Of a stretch of 32,000 nucleotides of DNA, positions 24,934-32,000 are shown in pieces. The DNA lies in NCBI GenBank assembly GCA_019322375.1, contig JAHWIP010000076.1, positions 1 through 32,000 on the forward strand, written 5' to 3'. Under the pieces are notes generated by a model. The model was not told the DNA's origin. It saw only the letters and a list, made by a program, of their open reading frames with translations, and did not search any database. Position numbers and translations under genes: made by a program. Each line of letters starts with the position of its first letter. Position 1 is the stretch's first letter. This DNA comes from Candidatus Woesearchaeota archaeon (lineage in GTDB: Archaea > Nanobdellota > Nanobdellia > Woesearchaeales > SM23-78).

Positions 24934-25380
24934 TTATAAAGGTTGCTGTTTTTTAATAAACTTAACTATGCCGCCTACTGCACCAATCAAGAATACTATT
25001 GGGCAAATAGGGATAGCAATAATAAAGAATGTTACATGAAGAACTTCCATCAAAATTCTTAATACAGTGATGTTGGCGGCAATCATACCTAAAGCATAAA
25101 AGAAGTTGTGCAGAAAAACAGAGACAAGAAAGCCAACAGCAGAAATCGCTGTCAGAAACAAAAATGTTTTTAGCCTTCCCTTAACCTTTGATTTCCAACT
25201 CAAAAACAGCAGTGCAGCACCAAAAATAAAAAAAAGAAATGCTAACACAGCAGCAAAAGGAAAAAGATTTCGTTTCATAACATCAGAAACAGGAACAAGG
25301 AAATAAATAACTAACAAAATAAAGATAGCAATTAAAACAAAGAAGAATATTTTTGATAAATAAAGGTGTTTGTCTTTCAT
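24934..25380 (-). CDS. Small integral membrane protein (about 4 TM helices), hypothetical
   Basis: The 148-aa protein has four long hydrophobic segments (IFFFVLIAIFILLVIYFLV, FPFAAVLAFLFFIFGAALLFL, FLFLTAISAVGFLVSVFL, VTFFIIAIPICPIVFLIGAVGGIV). Confidence 0.6.
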   Translation of the reverse strand: MKDKHLYLSKIFFFVLIAIFILLVIYFLVPVSDVMKRNLFPFAAVLAFLFFIFGAALLFLSWKSKVKGRLKTFLFLTAISAVGFLVSVFLHNFFYALGMIAANITVLRILMEVLHVTFFIIAIPICPIVFLIGAVGGIVKFIKKQQPL

Positions 25381-25470
25381 AAAAAGAAAAATGATATATC
25401 TAATATTAAAATGTTGTTGTGGGTGGAAGTGCTAGCGCCTGGATGGATGGTTTTGGTGGGAATCCGAAGT

Positions 25471-26178
25471 CTATTTCTTTTGGGCTAATAGGATCATATT
25501 GACGTGTGCAGGCTTGTGAGTAAAATGATATAATCCTGTTTTTACTTCTTTATCTAACAAAGAAATGAATGCTATATCAAAACCTTGTTTTTTAAATGCC
25601 TCAGTAAACTCCCGATGATGCTTATGATGATTATAAGTACCAAAAATGTGAAAAAAGTGTCCTTGGTTTGTGAAGAAAAAAATCCCTTTTGGTTTCAATA
25701 ACCTGTTAATTTCACTTACATACTCATCAATAGTTGGTCGAATTGGTTGAAATTCTTCTGGAGTTGTCCTTACAATTTGATCAGTAATCATGTGATTGTG
25801 TATTTCTGTAAAATAACCATCCTCAAAAGGATAAGGCAAATCCTTTGCATCCCAAGGAAAGAGAATAAATTCAATGTTATCACTCTTTGTTCCTTGTTTT
25901 CTGAGTTTTTCTTTAGCATAATCTCTATACCAAAAAGGTTTGGTTGTATCGGGAATATTTTTTGGGACGAATGTGAGATTTTCCCAGTATGAACTTAAAT
26001 CAAAATAATAAGTCATTCCTCTATAAGTAATCTTGACCTGCCTCTCTTTTGAGTATTCTTCTAGGTTATCATAAACCGGGGCATGATCTGGTCCTATCTC
26101 TAATGCAACAATATGGTCAAGTTTATTTCTTTCTTGCGTAAAGTAATCATTCAAAGATGTTTTAAGTAAAAATACCAT
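25471..26178 (-). CDS. Divergent class-I SAM-methyltransferase-like protein (tentative)
   Basis: IVALEIGPD sits at the motif-I position but lacks the usual Gly-rich loop. WDAKDLPYPFEDGYFTEIHNHM resembles the LPF.D.sFD motif. EINRLLKPKGIFFFTN resembles the RvLKPgG motif. A ~60-aa insertion follows motif I. Confidence 0.35.
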   Translation of the reverse strand: MVFLLKTSLNDYFTQERNKLDHIVALEIGPDHAPVYDNLEEYSKERQVKITYRGMTYYFDLSSYWENLTFVPKNIPDTTKPFWYRDYAKEKLRKQGTKSDNIEFILFPWDAKDLPYPFEDGYFTEIHNHMITDQIVRTTPEEFQPIRPTIDEYVSEINRLLKPKGIFFFTNQGHFFHIFGTYNHHKHHREFTEAFKKQGFDIAFISLLDKEVKTGLYHFTHKPAHVNMILLAQKK

Positions 26179-26254
26179 AATATCTACCAGAATTTAGAGG
26201 CAGGTATAGATTTATAAAACTTTCTATTTTGTAACCACTGAGAAGGAGTAAATA

Positions 26255-26407
26255 TCCCCGCGCCCGGACATTCAGAAAAACCGTAATCCCAGCTTCTCGT
26301 TTGAACCAGGAACCTCTCGGGAACAGCTGATCGTGTATCATTTCCAGCCAGCCGGCTTCTCAACACGATATCTACAGCCGAGCGCTCTGCCGTTGAGCTA
26401 CGCGGGG
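26255..26407 (-). tRNA. tRNA-Tyr(GUA) with two introns (anticodon region ~50 nt, T-loop 31 nt), 153 nt
   Basis: The minus strand reads CCCCGCG-TA-GCTC-AACGGCA-GAGC-G-CTCGG-CTGTAG(A)[~50 nt containing ATCGTGT...ACACGAT]-CCGAG-AGGTT-CCTGG-TTCAAAC-[GAGAAGCTGGGATTACGGTTTTTCTGAATGT]-CCGGG-CGCGGGG-A. The C1:G72 pair is the archaeal/eukaryal tRNA-Tyr identity pair. The ORF-track entry 26184..26489 overlaps this gene and is spurious. Confidence 0.8.
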
Positions 26408-26432
26408 TATAGACTATTGAAGAAGGATTTTC

Positions 26433-26441
26433 TTTATAAAA
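26433..26441 (-). promoter_or_regulatory. Candidate TATA box for tRNA-Tyr
   Basis: The minus strand reads TTTTATAAA at -26 to -34 relative to the tRNA 5' end (26407). Confidence 0.4.
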
Positions 26442-26508
26442 GTTTTGGAGTTTTATAAGAGTCACTTTGGAAAAATATTTAAAAAACAAAATTCAGGTCG
26501 TAATATAA

Positions 26509-26907
26509 ATGGAGAGGGCGACTCTGGAACTTATTCTTAGAAAGAGCTGGTGAAGGGGAACTAGTTATATTCCTAAAAAATGGGCTCCTGATAATCCTGC
26601 TTTGATGCATTGTGTTGTAACTGCTCTTCTTGTACAGGATTACCTTGGAGGAAAGATTGTCTGGGCAAGGGTTAAGATGCCTAATGGAAAAAAGGTATCT
26701 CATTATTTTAACAGGATTAATGGAAAAGACGAGGATTACACAAGAGAGCAGTTCCCAGAAGGAACTGTTGTTCCAAGGGGAAGACGAAGAAAATTGTTTA
26801 GGGACACAAGAGAGTATTTGCTCTCACTTAAAGAAACTAAAATAAGATATAAGGTGTTTGAAATAAGATTTAAACGTTTCTTAAAAGAATATCAAAAAAC
26901 AAAATAA
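26509..26907 (+). pseudogene. YunG-like small protein interrupted by an in-frame TGA at 26551-26553
   Basis: The ATG at 26509 gives MERATLELILRKSW, then TGA. The same frame continues RGTSYIPKKWAPDNPALMHCVVTALLVQDYLGGKIVW...SHYFNRINGKDEDYTREQF. Both parts resemble, from memory, the YunG-type family pattern (..SW..ETS....W...NPA.GQC.VTALVVQD..GG.I). The ORF track only reports 26602..26907. Confidence 0.45.
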
Positions 26908-26908
26908 T

Positions 26909-28387
26909 TTATTCTTTGTGCACCAGGTTTACATTGTTAGAGTATGTTACTCTTTCTTTTCCTTTTCTGGCGTCAAATTTGGCTTTGGCGCTTGGAAGCC
27001 TTATGCCTCCTACTAGCTGGAGTTTTGACTTTACCCTGTAGGTTATTATTCTTTCCTCATAAGGCTCCAGCACGTCCAGCTCCCATTTGGCTACTGTGCC
27101 TCTTCTGCTCTTGCCAATGTTGACAGGCTCCATTGAGCCCAGCCTTGTTTTCTTCTCTATCTCTGCTATCCTGGGCACAGTATCCACCACTCTTAAGTTG
27201 GTTATGGGCCTTCTTGACCTGTTCTTCAGGTAAAGACTTATCTTTATTTCACTCACTCCTTCCTTTGTTCTCCCAAGAGGCTCTGCGCTTTTAATTATAA
27301 CTATAGGGCTTCTCAGAGTATAGTAGAGCACTACCCCTACTATTATCAAGATGATTATGAGCACTAATAACCTGTAATTAGTAATGATTTCTATGTCCAG
27401 GTGTTCCTCTGAGCTGAGCTCCTGTCTTATAACATAATAAGTTTTGCCGTCTGTTCCTCCCTCTTTTACAGGGCTTGGTGAGAAGCTGGTGAATAATCTC
27501 TTGAAAAAGTTAATTCTAAAACTCTTCTCAGCCACTCCTTTCTCATTCCCTTTATTATAAATAGTTATGCTTTCCCGGGTTCTGAACAAGAAGCTCTTCT
27601 TGGTGCTTGTTTCCTGCATATCAAGATAGCCTTGTACTTCATACTGGGTGGAAGACTCTGCTATTTTCTTATCCTCAAAGAACAAGGTAAGGGTCAGGGT
27701 TTTTGTGCCTGCCTCTACAAAAGGGTCTACTTCAAATAATATCTCATTAAACTTCTCTTCCAGGGGCAACAGGTGGGTGGTGTATTCTTTATATAATATT
27801 TCCCCGCTAATCACTACTTTTAATCCGTCAAGGTCTCTCAGGTTCCTGTTCCTAAGGTTAAGCCTCACAGCCACTTTTTGTCTTGGGTCAACCACCTGGT
27901 CAATATAAATAGTAGGAGTTACTGTGGGCACATACACTCCTGGTTTTTGGTCAGGAGAAACAACATAAACAGCGAATTTTTCTTTTTCCTCAAAGTGAAA
28001 ACCTGTTTTTTCTGATTTTATTTTTATTGGAATGATATATGTTAGTCCTTCTCTTAAAAGTGGTTTTGGTCTTAGCTCTACTACGAATTCTGCATCTTGC
28101 CCTGCTGTCACCACACCTGATCCTGGTTCTGCATTAACAATCCAGTTAACATCCCTTGTGCTGATTGTAAAGAAATCATCAAAGTCTGCTGTGTTCCTAA
28201 TAATAAGCTCAAACCTTGCTATTTCCTGCTTGGTAATAGTATTGTTAATAGGAGTAACAAAATATGTGAATGCCAGTGCCTGGGAAGCTGTTATTAGAAT
28301 AAGAACTAATGCAATGGTTAATGTGAATAAGACTCTTAATTCGAGCTTTTTGTTCATGGGACCTCGCCTCCTGCCCTTTATAACCAT
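26909..28387 (-). CDS. Membrane protein with CARDB/NEW3/DUF11-like beta-sandwich domains on both sides of a single TM helix
   Basis: The probable true start is the second ATG (28357), which is preceded by AGGAGG: MNKKLELRVLFTLTIALVLILITASQALA (signal peptide). NEW3/CARDB-like text is FELIIRNTADFDDFFTISTRDVNWIVNAEPGSGVVTAGQDAEFVVELRP. The TM helix is LLVLIIILIIVGVVLYYTL. The C-terminal DUF11-like text is LRVVDTVPRIAEIE...GTVAKWELDVLEPYEERIITYRVKS. Confidence 0.65.
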   Translation of the reverse strand: MVIKGRRRGPMNKKLELRVLFTLTIALVLILITASQALAFTYFVTPINNTITKQEIARFELIIRNTADFDDFFTISTRDVNWIVNAEPGSGVVTAGQDAEFVVELRPKPLLREGLTYIIPIKIKSEKTGFHFEEKEKFAVYVVSPDQKPGVYVPTVTPTIYIDQVVDPRQKVAVRLNLRNRNLRDLDGLKVVISGEILYKEYTTHLLPLEEKFNEILFEVDPFVEAGTKTLTLTLFFEDKKIAESSTQYEVQGYLDMQETSTKKSFLFRTRESITIYNKGNEKGVAEKSFRINFFKRLFTSFSPSPVKEGGTDGKTYYVIRQELSSEEHLDIEIITNYRLLVLIIILIIVGVVLYYTLRSPIVIIKSAEPLGRTKEGVSEIKISLYLKNRSRRPITNLRVVDTVPRIAEIEKKTRLGSMEPVNIGKSRRGTVAKWELDVLEPYEERIITYRVKSKLQLVGGIRLPSAKAKFDARKGKERVTYSNNVNLVHKE

Positions 28388-28408
28388 TTAAATTTATGAA
28401 TAACCCCC

Positions 28409-28416
28409 TTTATATA
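28409..28416 (-). promoter_or_regulatory. Candidate TATA box upstream of the 26909-28387 gene
   Basis: The minus strand reads TATATAAA about 22-29 nt upstream of the first ATG (28387). Confidence 0.3.
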
Positions 28417-28445
28417 CCTTTCTATTTTAGAGAAGTAAAAACTGG

Positions 28446-29233
28446 CTATTCCTGGTTAATGACATGTTCAATGCCAGCAAGTTCAGGTTTTTCCATTGGC
28501 TTGTCTAGAACTAATTGGTGTTCCTTATCTGGCTTTGGAATTTCTTTTGCTTGATTGGAATTGTTCGGACTTATAACATACATCATCACAGTGGCTGCTA
28601 AGCCTGCAACAGGGTATGCTATGGCTAGGGTTTTTTTGAATCTCTTTGATTTTTGCTTTATTCTTTTTGGCAGAGTTCCTGTGTCCTCTACTCCTGTTAA
28701 TTCTTTATAGATATCTATGGTCAATAGCACAGGCACTCCTATTGCTGTTCCTATGGTTGTCATCATGCCTGCATTCAAAAGGATTTTATCTATTTCTTTT
28801 ACTCCTGCAAGAGCATACAGACCTATTCTGATTGGAAACACTATCCCTGCAATAAAACCTATGTCAAATAATACTTTTTTCCTAGTGGCGAGTCTTTAGT
28901 CACTCCGAACTTTTGCCTTACTCTTTCTCTGCCTTCCATTCCAAGACCTATAGATGCATAGGTAAATGCTGTTGTGAGCATTCTTGATTTTATTGATTCA
29001 AAATCTGTTAATCTGCCTGCTGTTGTTTCTATCATTGCATAGAGTGGGTTGAATATGGTTGCTGATGCTATGGTTGAAACAGTGTCTTTTTTAAATCTAG
29101 AACTATTTTTTATGTTTTGATATGTTCCTTTTGGATTGCAGATTATTTCATCTAATTGCTTGCATGCTAGAGAATAATCTTGATATATTCTGTTCGTGAT
29201 AGTTTCATATCTTTGCTTTAATCCCATAGTCAC
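28446..29233 (-). pseudogene. AlaE-like (L-alanine exporter family-like) membrane protein split by a frameshift at an A6 run
   Basis: ORFs 28859..29233 and 28446..28841 are adjacent on the same strand. The downstream frame is open back to 28897, overlapping the upstream ORF. A -1 shift within GGAAAAAAG (plus-strand T-run 28875-28880) joins ...FGVTKDSPLGKK to VLFDIGFIAGIVFPIRIGLYALAG... The two halves resemble, from memory, the two halves of E. coli AlaE (R...D......iE...g.......SR / D.....f..P.y..l...G). Confidence 0.4.
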
Positions 29234-29250
29234 TATTAGTTAGTAGCATC

Positions 29251-29260
29251 TATTTTTAAA
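29251..29260 (-). promoter_or_regulatory. Candidate TATA box for the AlaE-like gene
   Basis: The minus strand reads TTTAAAAATA about 24-33 nt upstream of the ATG at 29227 (M3 of the ORF-track model). Confidence 0.3.
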
Positions 29261-29281
29261 TGTTGTTAAAAAGAAAAGATA

Positions 29282-29400
29282 TGGGGCTGCGAGGATTTGA
29301 ACCCCGGTTTCCAGCTGTCCGTTTCATTGATAAGCATGAGTTGGCATGCCATTCTCACGAACCCCGAGCTGGGGTGATGGCCAAACTACACTACAGCCCC
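29282..29400 (-). tRNA. Intron-containing tRNA, most parsimoniously tRNA-Pro (GGG by canonical 37/38 splicing). The isotype is uncertain.
   Basis: The minus strand reads GGGGCTG-TA-GTGT-AGTTTGGCCA-TCAC-C-CCAGC-TCGGGG[45 nt]A-GCTGG-AAAC-CGGGG-TTCAAAT-CCTCG-CAGCCCC-A. The stems are good and the T-loop is canonical. G1-G3:C70-C72 plus A73 and G35/G36 fit archaeal tRNA-Pro identity rules. However, the spliced loop would be UCGGGGA, with C rather than U at position 33. Confidence 0.55.
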
Positions 29401-29429
29401 GTTGAATAATAAAAAGAAATAGTTAAGGA

Positions 29430-29439
29430 TTTATATAAG
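29430..29439 (-). promoter_or_regulatory. Candidate TATA box for the tRNA at 29282-29400
   Basis: The minus strand reads TTATATAAAT at -30 to -39 from the tRNA 5' end. This is slightly far and would imply a short leader. Confidence 0.3.
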
Positions 29440-30684
29440 TTATTTTTTCTTTTTCTTAGGTTTCTTCTTTTTTGCTTTCTTTTTCTTCTTCTTTGTTATC
29501 TTTTTCTTTTTCTTAGGTTTCTTCTTTGTTATTTTCTTTACTTTCTTTTTCTTTGCTGCTTTCTTCTTTGCCTTTCTCTTGAGCTTCTTTTTTAATTTTT
29601 TCTTTGCAGCTTTTTTCTTAGCTGTTTTTTTCTTTGCAGTCTTTTTCTTAGTCTTTTTTACTTTTTTCTTTACCTTGGTCATGGCAGCCTTCTTAAGCTT
29701 GGTTATGTATTCTTTTTCTTCTTCTTTTCTGCTCTTGACTTTTATGATTATGGCAATTATCAGTATAACTATCAATGCTATTAGCAGGAATTGTACAATG
29801 ATTGCTGCCCTGCTTTTTTCAAGTTGAGAAGCAGGTTGCTGCTGCTCTGGCTCAGCCTCTTCTGGCTCTTCTAGAACAGGGGTTATAACCACATTTACCT
29901 TCCTAATAACAGGCGCTCTTGCTGCTTCTCCTAATAAATTGCTTTCCTGCTTGGTGCTCACTGTGAAGTATGCTTTTTTGTAAGAAATATAGTTAAGGGT
30001 TAACTCAATATCTTCCTGCCCGTCATTGTTAAAATCAAGGTTAATTGAGGCTTTCTCATGCAGGTTCATTCTCTTGTCACCAGGGGTTATCATCAATCCC
30101 ACCATGCCTATTCCTTTGCTATAATCCTGTATAATCCTCATAATATTAATCTCATAGGTGTTCTCTCCTTTTCTTGCTCTGATAACATCATTTGGCATCA
30201 CTTTGTCTATGTCTAGTTCAAGGTCATCTTTGATTTCAAATTCATAGATATAGCCTGCTCTGTTTGGGAACTTGGTTATTGTCAGCTCTGATTCCTCTTC
30301 CTCCCCTATTATTAGGCGTCTGGTTGGAGAAGTAATCTTTATATTATCTGTGTCTATGCATTCTATGCTCCAGATATAGGTGCCTGGCACCAGGTCTGTT
30401 CTTATCCTTGTATCATACGGCGATAGTAATCCAGTAGCAGTCTTTGCTATCTGGTCATTCAGGATTAACGAGCACTCTTTCATATCAAGCTCAGAAGGAT
30501 ACTTGAACATGAAATATATGCTTGTTGCTTTTGTCTGGGTGTCATGCGTTGGGGCTACAAGGGTTATGCTGGCAGCAGGGCTGATAACAAAGCCTGTGAT
30601 TGAAGCATTGTTAGCAATAACTAGGTATATTAAGGCAAGGGCAAACAATCCAAAGACTATTTCTAGTTTTGTAACCCGCTTCAT
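29440..30684 (-). CDS. Type-I membrane protein: two Ig-like ectodomains, an acidic linker, one TM helix, and a 100-aa polylysine cytoplasmic tail
   Basis: The signal/anchor is LEIVFGLFALALIYLVIA. The ectodomain is paralogous to the upstream gene. The acidic linker is EEPEEAEPEQQQ and the TM helix is AAIIVQFLLIALIVILIIAIII. In the last 85 residues, 57 are Lys (KKTAKKKTAKKKAAKKKLKKK...KKKKPKKKKK). The start overlaps the upstream gene's stop by 4 nt. Confidence 0.8.
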   Translation of the reverse strand: MKRVTKLEIVFGLFALALIYLVIANNASITGFVISPAASITLVAPTHDTQTKATSIYFMFKYPSELDMKECSLILNDQIAKTATGLLSPYDTRIRTDLVPGTYIWSIECIDTDNIKITSPTRRLIIGEEEESELTITKFPNRAGYIYEFEIKDDLELDIDKVMPNDVIRARKGENTYEINIMRIIQDYSKGIGMVGLMITPGDKRMNLHEKASINLDFNNDGQEDIELTLNYISYKKAYFTVSTKQESNLLGEAARAPVIRKVNVVITPVLEEPEEAEPEQQQPASQLEKSRAAIIVQFLLIALIVILIIAIIIKVKSRKEEEKEYITKLKKAAMTKVKKKVKKTKKKTAKKKTAKKKAAKKKLKKKLKRKAKKKAAKKKKVKKITKKKPKKKKKITKKKKKKAKKKKPKKKKK

Positions 30685-32000
30685 TTTTTCATCTTCCTCC
30701 CTGTGCTCTTAATAATATCAAAGCTCTCATCAAAAACAGGCTGGGCTTCTTCAGGCTCAGGACTTTCTTCTGGCTTAACCATTTTTGGTTTAAGCTCCTT
30801 TTTTTTAACCTTTGGTTCTCTGGCTTTTTTCTCTTTGGTCTTTTTTTGTTTAACCGGTTGTTTAACCACTTTTTTCTCTGGTTTTCTCCTAGAGGGAGAC
30901 TCAAAAATCTCTGATTTTTGTTTTCTCCCAGAAGGAGACTCAAAAATCTCTGATTTTTGTTTTCTCCCAGAAGGAGACTCAAAAATCTCTGATTTTTGTT
31001 TTCTCCCAGAAGGAGACTCAAAAATCTCTGATTTTTGTTGTTTCTCTTCTTTGGTAATTTGTAATTCAGTAACTTTTTTCTTTTTTCTTTTTGCAACCAA
31101 CAGGATAATCACAAGAATTATGATTAATATAATTGCTATTATGAGTATTATTAACCAGGTTTTGCTCTTTTTTTCTGGCTTTGGAGAGGGTGTTACGACT
31201 GTTTCTTCTTCTACCTCAGGCTCTTCTACTTCTTCTTCAGGCTCTTGCTCTGCGAGCAAGTCCTCTCCCTCTTCAACTTCCTCTATAACTTCTGGTTCTT
31301 CTTCTGTTTCCGGCTCTTCTTCAGGCACTGGTTCTGCTTCTTCTTCCTCTTCTTCTATTGCTTCTTCAACAACTGTATCTGGATAAGGAGTCACAACAAA
31401 GTAAGCATCAACACTTCTGTCAACCTCTGTAAGAGAGAGCTCAACATCCACGGTCTCATCATCATCAAAGTCAAAGCTGAGGGTGCCTGGTACCAGCATC
31501 CTGTGCTTAACACCTGTACTTCTGTCCCTTACCTCTACAAAGCTGGTGTTAATAGCAACCCCCATCTTTATAATATCAAGGTAATAAGTTTTGCCGGAAA
31601 GTTTTATCTGGATATCCTCCCCTCCTTTAAGTGCAGGAAGCTCTACAGGGCTCTGACCAGGCTCTATTGTGAACACATAACCTCTTAAACCAGAGGAATA
31701 ATAAAATGTTTCATAGCTTTCTTTTATTTCTTCACCAGTATTAACACTAAGGGTTCTTGTCTCAGATAGTATCTCATTAAAATCTATGTCATAGCACTTC
31801 ATAAACCAGTCGTGCTTACCTGCTTCTAGCTCCACTGTTATTTTATTATCATTTATGCGGAAAAGCGTGTTCCTGACTTTTTTTACCTCATCATCTACTA
31901 TTAATGAGCAGTTAAGAATGTCCACGTACTGGTCAAAGCTGTAGATAAAGTCCTGGGTATAAGTTATGATTACAGAGCCGTCAGCAGGCAATTTAAGTTC
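30681..32000 (-). CDS. Paralogous type-I membrane protein (5' end outside the window): Ig-like ectodomains, a long polyacidic stalk, a TM helix, and a basic tail with a 13-aa x4 tandem repeat
   Basis: The frame is open to the window end. The domains align by eye with the 29440-30684 protein (C.L..D......L..G...W...C.D; ...F.F.DD...D.EL.L.......AYF.V). The acidic stalk EEAIEEEEEEAEPVPEEEPETEEEPEVIEEVEEGEDLLAEQEPEEEVEEPEVEEE is at ~31203-31370. The TM helix is TWLIILIIAIILIIILVIILLVA. The basic tail is KRKKKK...(KSEIFESPSGRKQ)x4...KKTKEKKAREPKVKKKELKPK. Confidence 0.8.
   Translation of the reverse strand, partial: ELKLPADGSVIITYTQDFIYSFDQYVDILNCSLIVDDEVKKVRNTLFRINDNKITVELEAGKHDWFMKCYDIDFNEILSETRTLSVNTGEEIKESYETFYYSSGLRGYVFTIEPGQSPVELPALKGGEDIQIKLSGKTYYLDIIKMGVAINTSFVEVRDRSTGVKHRMLVPGTLSFDFDDDETVDVELSLTEVDRSVDAYFVVTPYPDTVVEEAIEEEEEEAEPVPEEEPETEEEPEVIEEVEEGEDLLAEQEPEEEVEEPEVEEETVVTPSPKPEKKSKTWLIILIIAIILIIILVIILLVAKRKKKKVTELQITKEEKQQKSEIFESPSGRKQKSEIFESPSGRKQKSEIFESPSGRKQKSEIFESPSRRKPEKKVVKQPVKQKKTKEKKAREPKVKKKELKPKMVKPEESPEPEEAQPVFDESFDIIKSTGRKMKK
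30881..31042 (-). repeat. Perfect 39-nt in-frame tandem repeat (about 3.8 copies plus a degenerate flank)
   Basis: The plus-strand unit is GGAGACTCAAAAATCTCTGATTTTTGTTTTCTCCCAGAA. Identical copies sit at 30895-30933, 30934-30972 and 30973-31011. A fourth copy starts at 31012 and diverges after ~29 nt. A partial diverged copy lies at 30881-30894. The unit encodes KSEIFESPSGRKQ. Confidence 0.95.

Noticed and set aside
26184-26489. 101-aa ORF from the track
   Set aside because: It is almost entirely occupied by the intron-containing tRNA-Tyr gene on the same strand, and its GC-rich part is the tRNA itself.
26551-26553. UGA reassignment (alternative genetic code) as the explanation for the in-frame TGA
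   Set aside because: TGA terminates several conserved genes in this window at their expected C-termini: EndoQ at 3971, rps12 at 15492, NSUN at 15483, rpoA' at 18154, and the ORF at 12009.
29282-29400. Alternative two-intron readings of the tRNA giving anticodon UAU (loop CTTATCA) or CAU (loop CTCATGC)
   Set aside because: CTTATCA would put a pyrimidine at position 37. CTCATGC would put G37 where A37 is expected for an ANN-codon reader. Both need two excisions flanking the loop, and the D-arm/acceptor features do not look like Ile or Met tRNAs.
24400-29440. Integrated element next to the tRNA genes (tRNAs are common integration targets)
   Set aside because: No integrase, transposase or direct repeat of a tRNA 3' end was seen. 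The flanking genes are small housekeeping or membrane genes.
30881-31042. Possible CRISPR array, suggested by regularly spaced identical ~39-nt units
   Set aside because: The units are directly contiguous with no spacers. They lie in-frame within a long ORF and encode a 13-aa peptide repeat. No cas genes or leader are nearby.
29579-31386. Plus-strand ORFs 29579..29827, 30380..30712 and 30703..31386, and the off-frame minus-strand ORF 30689..31096
   Set aside because: They are shadows of poly-Lys/poly-Glu/tandem-repeat coding sequence (Phe- or Ser-rich nonsense). The two long paralogous minus-strand frames account for the DNA.

Overview
The window is archaeal from about 3.1 kb to the end. It contains a complete RNA polymerase operon on the minus strand: rpoH, split rpoB''/rpoB', then rpoA'/rpoA'', followed by rpl30e, an archaeal two-KH nusA and rps12. 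Other archaeal-type genes are Elp3, a NOL1/NOP2/Sun RNA m5C methyltransferase, an EndoQ-type PHP nuclease, a P2-type cation ATPase and a CaCA exchanger. There are four tRNA genes, and all of them are interrupted by introns. Low GC, split RpoB, multi-intron tRNAs and large Cys-rich or low-complexity surface proteins suggest a small-genome, possibly DPANN-like, archaeon; that assignment is inference. The first ~3.1 kb looks different. It encodes a secreted beta-propeller-repeat protein and two OMP-like beta-barrel proteins with Shine-Dalgarno sites and hairpin/T-tract terminators. That segment could be horizontal transfer or an assembly chimera. The observations most worth follow-up are these. 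(1) Eight intron-like insertions sit in four tRNA genes, including homologous introns at a non-canonical T-loop position in tRNA-Lys and tRNA-Tyr. (2) A 231-nt segment exactly bridges rpoA' and rpoA''; it is an intact 77-codon ORF that also carries six perfect short hairpins. (3) Two operonic paralogous type-I membrane proteins combine Ig-like ectodomains, an acidic stalk, one TM helix and an extremely basic cytoplasmic tail; one also carries a perfect 39-nt tandem repeat. (4) A 756-aa surface protein has six tandem 4-Cys modules. (5) Two interrupted genes were found: an in-frame TGA, and a frameshift at an A6 run. No CRISPR array, transposase or integrase was seen.
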